Below, piece by piece: positions 40,071 through 49,417 of a stretch of 64,000 bases of DNA. Numbering within the stretch: the stretch's first letter is position 1; each line of letters starts with the position of its first letter. The notes under the pieces were generated by a model. The model had not been told where the DNA came from. It searched no databases and worked only from the letters and a program-made list of their open reading frames with translations. The DNA is from Acidobacteriota bacterium (lineage in GTDB: Bacteria; Acidobacteriota; UBA6911), in assembly GCA_963664705.1 (NCBI GenBank), contig OY761556.1, positions 6,432,001 to 6,496,000 on the forward strand. The letters are read 5' to 3'. Position numbers and translations under genes: made by a program.

Positions 40071-40572
40071 GAGAGGCTGGCCAAAAGGCTGTTGTGGGAA
40101 AATATTGTTGCCTGTTGCTCTCCTTTCCCTATTCTGCAGGATCGGACCCGCCTACCAGTTCTGATGCAAATAGACTCTAGAATGGGCAGGCTGAGATTCT
40201 CTTGTTGCAGACTGCTCGTAGACCGTGTTCTTGCTGACGCTGATTCGCCCTACTATAGCAGCCCATATAATTGGCGACAATAAGTTTAATGGGCATCGAA
40301 AGCGTCGAGTAGCCAAGCAGCCGGATTGATCCAATCCAGCATTTATTTCTTTTGAGTCACTTTGTCTTACCAATCCTCTATCAAGTTCATCCATGGGCTT
40401 GACGAGTCTTTACTAAATTCGAACCTCCGACTTTGGCAAAGAGTAATATGTAAAAATGAACTCCTAGCTATACAAGTGCAGTTATGTGTCAGAATCGGTG
40501 AACTTGACAGAAACATGAGAGAAAAGACTGTCGATGTCTTTATTTGTCGAGCCTCATAGGGAGAAACAGATT

Positions 40573-42072
40573 ATGAAAATGCCGATTGTTCAGTTGCAGC
40601 AATTTATTCAGGCCATTCGAGATTCTGGATACCGCGGAACCGGTTCTGCTTTGGCTGAATTGGTCGACAATGCTTATGAAGCTGATGCAAAGAGCATCGA
40701 TATCATGGTTCAAATGGACTCCGAATATCCTTCGTCGAAAACTATCCTCGTTTCTGACGATGGATTGGGAATGCCTCCAGAGGTTCTTGAAATAGCCCTT
40801 CAATTTGGCGGAAGCAATCGTTTCGGAAATCGAACGACGATGGGCCGGTTTGGCATGGGATTGCCAGACAGTTCGGTCAGTCAAGCCCGCCGCCTAGAAG
40901 TGTATACTTGGACTGGTCCTAATGATGTTTGGTGGTCTTATCTTGATGTTGACGAGATTCAAGAGGGGAGATTGAGTGAAATCCCTACTCCTGTTCGAAA
41001 GAGATTGCCTGAAAATTATGGTGTGCGCCCATCAAGGAGTGGAACTGTCGTTTTATGGCGGAAATGTGATCGGCTGTTTTTTAAGGGCGAATACGCCCTA
41101 ATACGGAAGTTGAAACAAGAGCTAGGACGTATTTTTCGCCGGATGCTTTCTGATGGAAAGAGACTGAGGATTAACTGTGACGCAGTGCTGCCAATCGATC
41201 CATTATTTCTGCGACCCGGAAATAATCTTGTTGGAGCAACTCCCTATGGAGATGTGTTGGAATATCAAATAAGAGATGCGAGTGCCTTCGGGGGCAAGGA
41301 GGGCAGAATAACGGCACGCTTTGTAGAACTGCCCATAGATAAATGGGGCTCTCTTTCTAATGCTGATAAGCAGGAGTTCGGAATAAGCAAAAATGCCGGA
41401 ATCTCAATTATGAGGGCTGGCCGAGAGATCGATTTCGGATGGTACTTTATGGGCGGGAAAAGGAAAGAAAATTATGACGATTGGTGGCGTTGTGAACTTG
41501 AGTTCCCGCCACAACTCGATGAGATGTTTGGAGTGACTCACACTAAACAGGGCATAGCACCATCGGATTACCTGTCGCAATTACTGACGCCAGATTTTGA
41601 GTCAATTGCACATAAGCTGAACGCGCGCGTTCGATCCACCTTTATAAAAATCAAAAATGATAAGCTTCTTTCCTCTGAAAGGAGGGCTAGCGAATGTGAT
41701 AATTTGTTTTCACCTCCGAGCCAGGTTGTAAAAGCCGGAAGGATAAAGCACAAACAGAGCATGCGGATAACTAAAAAAATACACTATAAACTTTCAACCA
41801 AACCGCTCACTGGTTCGGAATTTTATATCCCCAAAATGAACGGTAATGAAGTGCAATTGATCCTAAATGAAAATCATCCTTTTTGCGAACGACTTTATAG
41901 CTCAATTAGGCAGGAACAGCACTGTGATACGCGCATGATAACAAAAGCATTGGAGCTCATTTTGTTTGCAGCTGCAAGGGCAGAAATCAGCACAGAGGCC
42001 GCTCAATCCAGAGTCGCGATTGAAGCATTCCGACGCTCCTGGAGCGATCTTATGGCTGCGTATTTGTCATGA
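40573..42072 (+). CDS. MORC-like GHKL ATPase (HATPase_c_3)
   Basis: IRDSGY, ALAELVDNA, DDGLGM, GRFGMGL, GTVV, FGVTHTKQ, LNENHPF. Confidence 0.85.
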   Translation: MKMPIVQLQQFIQAIRDSGYRGTGSALAELVDNAYEADAKSIDIMVQMDSEYPSSKTILVSDDGLGMPPEVLEIALQFGGSNRFGNRTTMGRFGMGLPDSSVSQARRLEVYTWTGPNDVWWSYLDVDEIQEGRLSEIPTPVRKRLPENYGVRPSRSGTVVLWRKCDRLFFKGEYALIRKLKQELGRIFRRMLSDGKRLRINCDAVLPIDPLFLRPGNNLVGATPYGDVLEYQIRDASAFGGKEGRITARFVELPIDKWGSLSNADKQEFGISKNAGISIMRAGREIDFGWYFMGGKRKENYDDWWRCELEFPPQLDEMFGVTHTKQGIAPSDYLSQLLTPDFESIAHKLNARVRSTFIKIKNDKLLSSERRASECDNLFSPPSQVVKAGRIKHKQSMRITKKIHYKLSTKPLTGSEFYIPKMNGNEVQLILNENHPFCERLYSSIRQEQHCDTRMITKALELILFAAARAEISTEAAQSRVAIEAFRRSWSDLMAAYLS

Positions 42073-44072
42073 AAATGCAATACATACCAATAAATCCGAG
42101 CGTGCGTCGAGGGGGACGTCGCGATTTTGCTAAATACTTTAAGAAGATACATCGCCAGATTGGCAGAACACAACAAGACATTGTTCCCGAATTGATTCGC
42201 AAGCTTCACGATGAACTGCAAATTAAAGCGGATGAGCCGATTGGCGATGACATCCTTAAAGGATTGTTCGCTAAAAGCGTGATATTAGATCTTTTGGGAA
42301 CTGGTTGGAAAATTAGGGTGGCGAATGGAGTAGTCGAAATTGCACCACCCCGCGAAAATGCAATAAATCCTTCTGAACTAAAAGAATCTGTACGTCGCAG
42401 TCATCAATTTGAACGAGAAGAGCAACTCAACCTACCATCAGTGCAAGACTTCATCCGCAGGATGGAACGTCAGCAACTGACACCAAAGGGATGGCATTCA
42501 ATATTTTCTCTAATGAGAGATGGAAAGGAATTATCGGTTACCCTTCAGGATATCTTGCAGACCTCAAAGATGAATGGTAATTGTCAGATCTCTGCACTTT
42601 CAACCGCGATTGCTCCTTACATTCAGCCAATAACTGAAGACGCCATATGTGAACAAACCGGACTGTTACTGAGAGATGTCTGGCGATACTTCCGGCTCAC
42701 TTGGGTAAATAGCTATAAGCCGCTGCCAGGGCGCACCATGTCCTTTTTGGTCCGAGATGCTGCTGCAAAAAATCATCCGGTAATTGGAATCGCCGCCTTG
42801 GGCAGTTCTGTCGCTCAGCAGCGCTTACGAGATACTTGGATCGGTTGGGATCAGGAAACCATGGTAACAACCATAATGAACGAACCGAGCGAGCGCTACG
42901 CGCAATGGATAATCCATTCGCTTCAGAGCCTTATTGAGGGAATTTACTTGAATGATCTTATATCTGATCAAATTCTTTCCCGATCTGATATAAAAAATCC
43001 AACAATTGAGTGCATTCAACGCTTGGAGCGGGAAGCTGAAGGCGCAATAAAGATGCATAGGCTTTATCCCCACGCGGCAGCCCACAAAAAATCAAACCAT
43101 ACAAATTGGAGAACTGAGGCTCAGACATATCTCTATCGAAGCAAACGATGCAAAACTCTTGCAAAGCTGCTACGTATCCGTGCGGCATTTCAGCGATGCG
43201 GCCTCACATCTTCTCCCAGACATCGGCTAGGAGCCGCTCTAGAGCGGGCAGATGCACGAAATGCTTTGATGCAGCTTGTGCGCTTAATAAAGGCACAACG
43301 TGTCGGAATAGATATGATGGATATTACTGTATGCGGAGCGATTGCACCATACAACGCACTGCTTGGCGGCAAGCTTATTTGTATGCTTCTTTGCAGTCCT
43401 GAAGTCATTTCCATGTATGGCAAGAGATATGGCAAGCAGGTAAGCATTATCGCTTCATCAATGAAGGGAGAAGCGGTTATTCGTAAGCCGCGATTGGTTC
43501 TGCTTGCAACAACTAGCCTTTTTGGAGTTGGGTCAAGTCAATATAATCGAGTAAAAATCCCTTGCGATCGTATGGGAGGTCGTAAGGACGAGCAGATTGT
43601 ATTTGGAGAACTAGGGAAAAGCGAAGGATATGGCACATACCACCTTAGCCATAGGACTATGAAATTGGGGGATATACTTCTTGCCAGGCAAAAGGGTGGT
43701 CGTCGAGTAAATAGCATCTTTGGTGAAGGAGTGAATCCACGAATGCGAAAACTTAGAGAAGCTTTCGATATTGTGGGTTTGCCTTCAGACGAAATATTGC
43801 AGCATAGAAATACGCGAATTGTATATGCTGTGAAATTGGCACGGAATTTTTCAGACGTCTTGTTGGGCCTAACCTCATCCGCACAATATTTCACCTCCCT
43901 ACGCAATCCAACGGAGAGAACAAAACAGATTGCGGCGTATTGGAGGGAACGTTGGTTGTTTGGACGAATCGGGCGACCTGGAGTGTTGGAAGAGGTAGAA
44001 AAGCACACTCCGACTTATCCGGTGACACATGGGGCGAGAGTCATTTTGCCTCTTTCAGATACCGCCATATGA
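42069..44072 (+). CDS. druA: Long DUF4338 protein (Druantia DruA-like)
   Basis: PGR.MSFLVRD...HPVIGIAALGS, DITVCGAIAPYNALLGGKL, TTSLFG..SSQYNR; ATGA-coupled to the ATPase. Confidence 0.75.
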   Translation: MKMQYIPINPSVRRGGRRDFAKYFKKIHRQIGRTQQDIVPELIRKLHDELQIKADEPIGDDILKGLFAKSVILDLLGTGWKIRVANGVVEIAPPRENAINPSELKESVRRSHQFEREEQLNLPSVQDFIRRMERQQLTPKGWHSIFSLMRDGKELSVTLQDILQTSKMNGNCQISALSTAIAPYIQPITEDAICEQTGLLLRDVWRYFRLTWVNSYKPLPGRTMSFLVRDAAAKNHPVIGIAALGSSVAQQRLRDTWIGWDQETMVTTIMNEPSERYAQWIIHSLQSLIEGIYLNDLISDQILSRSDIKNPTIECIQRLEREAEGAIKMHRLYPHAAAHKKSNHTNWRTEAQTYLYRSKRCKTLAKLLRIRAAFQRCGLTSSPRHRLGAALERADARNALMQLVRLIKAQRVGIDMMDITVCGAIAPYNALLGGKLICMLLCSPEVISMYGKRYGKQVSIIASSMKGEAVIRKPRLVLLATTSLFGVGSSQYNRVKIPCDRMGGRKDEQIVFGELGKSEGYGTYHLSHRTMKLGDILLARQKGGRRVNSIFGEGVNPRMRKLREAFDIVGLPSDEILQHRNTRIVYAVKLARNFSDVLLGLTSSAQYFTSLRNPTERTKQIAAYWRERWLFGRIGRPGVLEEVEKHTPTYPVTHGARVILPLSDTAI

Positions 44073-44396
44073 TAGGTGATCAGTTTTTGGGTAGAACGGG
44101 GATGAGTTGTTTGGGGATGCCATAGCCCGTCTCAGGATCGGCGGCTCCCCTCCGACGCTGTTGCTGTCAACAAATACGATACCTCGATGCAACCTCGGAC
44201 CTGACTCCTCGATGGCAGATGTTCCAGTTCATTATTATTCCTGGTTTGGCAAATCGGGGAATGAAGTCGTCTATCAGGTTGCCAGTGATTCCTCGTGAGA
44301 TTTCGAAACAGCACAAGCAAACAGTGATGTGTCGCTCGTAACAGCGGCCATATTCGAGTCCTGTTTGCAATGCCCTATTTTTCGCAAAGATCATCT

Positions 44397-44642
44397 CTCC
44401 TTTCTGCCTCTTTTTCTCTCGGGCACTGCTTCGCTTGACGGCATGAACTGCTGCCTAGCCGCGCCTGGCGACCGCTTCCGTTCTGCTTTCTCGGCACCCC
44501 CAAACAAAATTCTGTCCTTCGGATTCGCTCGCTTCGCTCTCCAGAATTTTGTCCGGTCCCCCCAAGAATGCACTTCAGCGCTCTTAGGAGCTGGCTCCGC
44601 TCTGCCTTTCGTGCCCCGAGAGAAAAAGGGGCAGAAAAGGAG
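44397..44642. promoter_or_regulatory. Large nested inverted repeat, candidate ssDNA (Frpo-like) promoter
   Basis: Outer arms 44397-44426 / 44611-44642 (about 30 bp, two bulges); inner perfect acaaaattctg / cagaattttgt (44504-44514 / 44542-44552); TTGACG at 44435. Confidence 0.55.
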
Positions 44643-44649
44643 AAACACC

Positions 44650-45183
44650 ATGCGACAGAAGAGAGCCTCTTACAACAAAACCCTCAAAGAAACCGCTGAA
44701 ATCAACTTCGACAACAATCAGCTTACATTCCCAGGCTTGTATGACTACATTCCGGTTTATCACATCGAGCTTGTCTGTGACCGCCAGGTCAAATTTGAAA
44801 ACAGACGCTCAATCCATAATTCCGATGAAGTCGTTGAGCTTCTTAAAGACGAACTGCTCAAATCCGACCGCGAGAAGCTTCTTTCAGTCCTGCTCAACAC
44901 CAAGAATATGGTCATTGGAATCGAGGTGGTGAGTATCGGTTCTCTTAGCACGTCCGTAGCTCATCCCCGCGAGACCCTGAAATCCGCAGTGCTTGCTTCG
45001 GCAGCCTCCATCATCTTGGCGCATTGCCATCCTTCCGGGGATCCGGCACCGAGCCGCGAAGATCGGGATATGACAGAACGTATGAGCAAGGCTTGTGAAA
45101 TCCTGGGCATCAAGTTGCTGGATCACATCATCATCGCTCAGTATGGCAGCTACAGTTTTCGCAATTCTGGCTTGCTGACCTGA
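44650..45183 (+). CDS. radC: RadC / JAB-domain protein
   Basis: DRE...LLNTKN, HPRE, HCHPSGDPAPSRED, LLDHIII; RBS aaggag before ATG 44650. Confidence 0.88.
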   Translation: MRQKRASYNKTLKETAEINFDNNQLTFPGLYDYIPVYHIELVCDRQVKFENRRSIHNSDEVVELLKDELLKSDREKLLSVLLNTKNMVIGIEVVSIGSLSTSVAHPRETLKSAVLASAASIILAHCHPSGDPAPSREDRDMTERMSKACEILGIKLLDHIIIAQYGSYSFRNSGLLT

Positions 45184-45220
45184 TGGGCAGCAGCCCATCA
45201 TTCGGCGAAGGAAATTCGCC

Positions 45221-45297
45221 TGCATGGCACATCATGCCACCCTAGCATGACGTGCCACCCTGGCATGTAGTGCTACCCTGGCACCACATGCCATGCA
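45221..45297. repeat. 18-bp-period array of palindromic TGCCAcccTGGCA units
   Basis: Units start at 45235, 45253, 45271 (partial at 45289), bracketed by tgcatggca / tgccatgca. Confidence 0.75.
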
Positions 45298-45451
45298 AGT
45301 ACTCCGCCCCTGAACAGAATTAAACCCATCAATATAAAAAACAAAATTTCTAAAAATATTTTGTAAGTTTTTTGCCCTTTCGTGACTCTTCGGGGTGTGG
45401 GGAATTATTCAACCGTAAGTCCCACCAATTCATTTTCAGCAAGCGAGAAAA

Positions 45452-46564
45452 GTGATGGATGCCAACGTACTCGACCACGAACTTCTTAATGCTTCTCTAA
45501 ACCCGATTGCACCTTGGGTGGATGATCCGGAAGTCACCGACATCCTCGTCTACGGCAGCCGCAATGTCTACATTCGCCGTCGCGGCGGCGGATTTGAGGG
45601 CGTGGGCGCGAAATGGCGAACCGACGATGATCTAATGACCGCTGCCAAAACCATCGGCCGTCACATGGGACGGCAACTCAATTCTCGCGCTCCTATTCTG
45701 GATGCACGACTGCCCGATAAGAGCCGCGTCAACATCATCATTGATCCCTGTTATAACCGGGGCGCTTGCATCTCAATTCGCAAGTTTCCCAAAGATAAAT
45801 TTTCGCTGGAGGATCTTGTCGGCTTTGGAAGCATGGACGATGCCGGAGCCGAAATCCTCAGCGCAATTATGCGCCTTGGAAAAAACATTCTGATTTCCGG
45901 AGGAACGGGGAGCGGTAAAACCACCCTGCTTAATGGCCTGTGCGCCTTCATTCCAGCGCATGACATTGTTGTGACCGTGGAGGATGCACGGGAGATTGCC
46001 ATCTCCAACGAACTCTGGGTCGCACTGGAAACCAAACGCGCTCTGGATTCTGATGACAAGGAAGTCACGCTCAGGGATCTGGTACGCACCAGCCTTCGCC
46101 TAAACCCCCGCTGGATCATAGTCGGTGAGGTGCGCGGACCGGAAGCGGTCGAACTGGCCCGCGCCTTTAACACCGGCCACTTCGGAGCCGGCACCATACA
46201 TGCGAATTCTACCTATGATGCGCTGCTGGCTCTCGAAGCTTTAATCATGCAGTCCGGATCCGACCTTCAGGTCAATTCAATCAAGGTTCTGGTATCCCGC
46301 TCTATTCATATCGTGATCCAGATGGGGCAGCTGGCCGATCATTCGCGCCGGCTCATGGAAATTGCTGAAGTTGAAGGCCTCGATTATGACCGTTCGGCCA
46401 CATTCCCCCCTTACAGGCTCCGGAAGCTCTATCAATTCGAATTCAGCCATTTCGGAGATGAGGGCAAATCTCACGGTAATTTTCGAGTCAAAGAGAAACC
46501 TTCCTGGCTCAATGAGCTTCGAATGATTCCCCAATACCGGATGCCGGATTTCTGGAAGCAATAG
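45452..46564 (+). CDS. virB11: VirB11/CpaF-family secretion ATPase
   Basis: LDARLPD.SRV, SIRKF, GGTGSGKTT, VGEVRGPE, NTGH, TIHANS. Confidence 0.85.
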   Translation: MMDANVLDHELLNASLNPIAPWVDDPEVTDILVYGSRNVYIRRRGGGFEGVGAKWRTDDDLMTAAKTIGRHMGRQLNSRAPILDARLPDKSRVNIIIDPCYNRGACISIRKFPKDKFSLEDLVGFGSMDDAGAEILSAIMRLGKNILISGGTGSGKTTLLNGLCAFIPAHDIVVTVEDAREIAISNELWVALETKRALDSDDKEVTLRDLVRTSLRLNPRWIIVGEVRGPEAVELARAFNTGHFGAGTIHANSTYDALLALEALIMQSGSDLQVNSIKVLVSRSIHIVIQMGQLADHSRRLMEIAEVEGLDYDRSATFPPYRLRKLYQFEFSHFGDEGKSHGNFRVKEKPSWLNELRMIPQYRMPDFWKQ

Positions 46565-46576
46565 GAGTGAAAGACC

Positions 46577-47473
46577 ATGCAAAACGATTTTGCTTATGGA
46601 CGCTATGAGGAAGGCAAGGCAGAATTGGCAAAGCTGATCACGGCCGCCCATATTCTGAAAGGTCAGGAACGGAATGCAGCGCACATTCCTGAAAGTCCTC
46701 ACCCTGAGCGCACTATTCCTGGAAAATTCTCCGAAGAAAATGCGCTCCTCAACAGCCGCAATCTTTTTAACGAAAAACTCATCGAGCATGAGGCAAAGCG
46801 CGACGCCTATCTGATGCTCTCCAATAATTACAAATCGTTGGGGTTGGAGGGCGATGCCAATGCATATGAAACCCGTGCGCAGATGGAGGAAACAACAGCC
46901 CAGGGATTTCAGGCAGTCAAAAAAGCATGCGACAAGGAACTGGAGGAATTAGGCATTCAGCAAACAGCTGAAAAGCCTCGAACACTGAAGAGCTTTCTGG
47001 AAGCGGCGCAACGGGATCTAGAGGAGCATAAGAACTCTCATGCGATAAGCAGCGTCTACATTCAGCAAGTCGCAGATACCCGGACAATCATCGAGCAGTA
47101 TGAAACCGATAAAAACATCCGCCTGTTATCCCCAGACGAAATGAAGCAGTTTTCTGCTGCTCTTCATCAGCGTGATTCCTACATGACGCTGGCGGAACAG
47201 GAGTCCATCAAGGCGGCCGTTTCATACAAGAAATTTCGGACTGAGATGGACTCTGCTGAACGGTCTTATGAAGGACTCAGCCGGGAGAAGCAATCAGCTG
47301 CAATAAACCATAACTCGCATGAGTCCCCCTCTCTTGAAAAACCCGAGAAAGACAATGCATTCCTGCCGGAACGGGAACGCTCGATAGATTCCCCAATCAA
47401 CGGTCACCGATTTGGTGTTTCAAAAGCTGAAGTGTTTAGACAAATGGTCAATGACATCAACCGCGAATTGTAA
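46577..47473 (+). CDS. Hypothetical helical protein
   Basis: 298 aa ORF with RBS aggag, in the transfer operon. Confidence 0.7.
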   Translation: MQNDFAYGRYEEGKAELAKLITAAHILKGQERNAAHIPESPHPERTIPGKFSEENALLNSRNLFNEKLIEHEAKRDAYLMLSNNYKSLGLEGDANAYETRAQMEETTAQGFQAVKKACDKELEELGIQQTAEKPRTLKSFLEAAQRDLEEHKNSHAISSVYIQQVADTRTIIEQYETDKNIRLLSPDEMKQFSAALHQRDSYMTLAEQESIKAAVSYKKFRTEMDSAERSYEGLSREKQSAAINHNSHESPSLEKPEKDNAFLPERERSIDSPINGHRFGVSKAEVFRQMVNDINREL

Positions 47474-47484
47474 GGAGAAAATCC

Positions 47485-47946
47485 ATGAGAGTTTGCACAA
47501 GCATTTTGTTGATGATTTTAATGACGCCGCTTTTAAAAGCTCAGGATTACGCGATTATGAACCTCACGGACGAAAATGCGGTGGCCGCCATGCCGTTTTC
47601 GATTTCTCGCGTGGTCCCCTTCGGTCAAGGACTCAGATTGTTTCTCAACACAAATAATCCCAGTGCCGTCGCTGATCTTTTAAATGCCGGAAAACTACAA
47701 GCTCAGTTGTCTGATAACCAGGCAGGAATCGAGAAGCTTGTTCCTCTTTCTCTTGGCAAAGCGGTGTGGTGCCCGGATTCTGACACTCCTGCCTATTTGT
47801 CATTTAATGCTCCGCTTCCAAATTGCGGCGGCAATCCACCGGCGCGGATTGAGTATTTCCTTGAAGTGGCGGCTACCCTCGGACCGGAACTTGACCTGGC
47901 GATTGGCAATGATCCCGATTTTCTCTGGCTAATAGAGGAACGCTAA
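47485..47946 (+). CDS. Hypothetical exported protein
   Basis: RBS aaggag; signal-peptide-like N-terminus (LKA/QD). Confidence 0.65.
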   Translation: MRVCTSILLMILMTPLLKAQDYAIMNLTDENAVAAMPFSISRVVPFGQGLRLFLNTNNPSAVADLLNAGKLQAQLSDNQAGIEKLVPLSLGKAVWCPDSDTPAYLSFNAPLPNCGGNPPARIEYFLEVAATLGPELDLAIGNDPDFLWLIEER

Positions 47947-48806
47947 TGGACCGGAAAGAACCTCACAATCTCACCATTACTTCGTGGGATTACATCAAGG
48001 ATAACTTCCAGCCGGATGACCGTCTTGCTGTTGTCATCAAAACCCGGCAGGAGGTTATCCAGCGCATTGCGACTGCCGAGAAAATTTCGTCAAAGGCCTA
48101 TCAGGCATGGCTTCGTTTCAAAAATGCACATGCCGGCGAAATTTATATCAGCATGAATACCCTGAAGCCGGAAGCCTTTGGCAGAACAAAAAGGGATATC
48201 GCCGCAGTGCGCCATCTCTACCTCGATCTCGATCATGGCGCCGTGGATTCTCTTAGGTTCATTTGCGGAGATTCGCGGATCCCTTCTCCCTCTTACGTCC
48301 TGAATACATCGGAGGCGAAATATCAGGTTGTTTGGAAGATATCCGAATGCGATCCCGACCGCGCTGAAATTCTTCAGCAATCCATGGCGATAGAATTTAA
48401 TGCCGATCGTGCTGCAACGGATGTTACTCGGGTGTTGCGGATCCCTGGATTTTATAACCACAAATATGATCCGCCCTTTCAGGTAACAGCACAGCAATTG
48501 TCGTCGAATCCTCGCAAGATTGAAGATTTCAATATCCCATGCCTTCCAAAGCTACAGCCAATTTCGCAGGCTGCCGATCGCCGCCAACAATTTAATTCAG
48601 GCAACACTCATACGAGTCAGTCCGAACGCGATTGGGCCGATACCTTACGCCGACTTGAGCAGGGAGAGCATCCCTCACTTGTGCAGGCGTGGCTGGAGGG
48701 TTCGCGGCCTGACAAAAAATCCCCTGCGTACTATGCGGCACTGACCGTCAAAAAAGCTTTGGACGTTCTTGAAATGCGACGGGATGGCCCGTCGCTGGAG
48801 CCTTAA
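47946..48806 (+). CDS. RepB-type DNA primase
   Basis: IYISMN, LYLDLD, NTSEAKYQVVW, D.TRVLRIPGFYNHKY, C-terminal SQSERDWA helical domain. Confidence 0.85.
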   Translation: MDRKEPHNLTITSWDYIKDNFQPDDRLAVVIKTRQEVIQRIATAEKISSKAYQAWLRFKNAHAGEIYISMNTLKPEAFGRTKRDIAAVRHLYLDLDHGAVDSLRFICGDSRIPSPSYVLNTSEAKYQVVWKISECDPDRAEILQQSMAIEFNADRAATDVTRVLRIPGFYNHKYDPPFQVTAQQLSSNPRKIEDFNIPCLPKLQPISQAADRRQQFNSGNTHTSQSERDWADTLRRLEQGEHPSLVQAWLEGSRPDKKSPAYYAALTVKKALDVLEMRRDGPSLEP

Positions 48807-48834
48807 CAACTAATTCACAAAGGAGAAAATCAGA

Positions 48835-49404
48835 ATGGAAACAGCGGAGAAGAAGTTCTTCATCACCGGCAATTCATTTGCTATCAAGGATCAACTCAAG
48901 GAACTGGGCTTCAAGTGGGATCCGGAAGCCAAAAACTGGTATCACACCAACGAGATAATTGCCTCCACAGCTCAAAAATTCGTGCCCGCAGGTCCGGAGA
49001 AGCATTTCATCCACGGCAACTGCTATCCGTTTACCGAACAGCTCAAAGAAATGGAGTGTCGCTGGGATCCAGATTCAAAGGCCTGGTATCACCTCAACAA
49101 GGAGATTGCCGAAAAAGCACAGGCTCTGGTGAACAAGGCCCCCGAAATGCAATCCAACGGCAAAGCGCAGGTTAGCGCTGGCGCGGAGAAACACTATATC
49201 CCTGAAGTGCCTTTCGAACTCAACAAGACATTGAAACAGATGGGATGCAACTGGGATGCGGAAGCCCGGTGTTGGTATCACTCCGATCCGGAAATCGGCA
49301 AGGAGGCAAACCGCCTGGTCCAGGAAACTCGCGAAAAGCTCCAGGGCCATGAAGCCATTCAAAACAAGTCGGACATATCAGCCGGAATAGAGAACAGCTT
49401 ATAA
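48835..49404 (+). CDS. Triple-repeat protein (DUF5710-like)
   Basis: Three copies of F..K.QLKE.G..WD.E.K.WYH. Confidence 0.7.
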   Translation: METAEKKFFITGNSFAIKDQLKELGFKWDPEAKNWYHTNEIIASTAQKFVPAGPEKHFIHGNCYPFTEQLKEMECRWDPDSKAWYHLNKEIAEKAQALVNKAPEMQSNGKAQVSAGAEKHYIPEVPFELNKTLKQMGCNWDAEARCWYHSDPEIGKEANRLVQETREKLQGHEAIQNKSDISAGIENSL

Positions 49405-49417
49405 CCGGAACCTTTTC

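Noticed and set aside
44329-44649. N-terminal extension of radC
   Set aside because: It translates the hairpin region; the strong RBS sits before ATG 44650.
45221-45297. CRISPR array
   Set aside because: Only 4-bp gaps between units and no cas genes; no CRISPR array, tRNA or rRNA was recognised in the window.
45392-45400. GGGGTGTGG matching the F-plasmid nic core
   Set aside because: Only a 9-bp match, and it lies on the plus strand, which would transfer the tra genes first, contrary to the usual polarity. Not called as nic.
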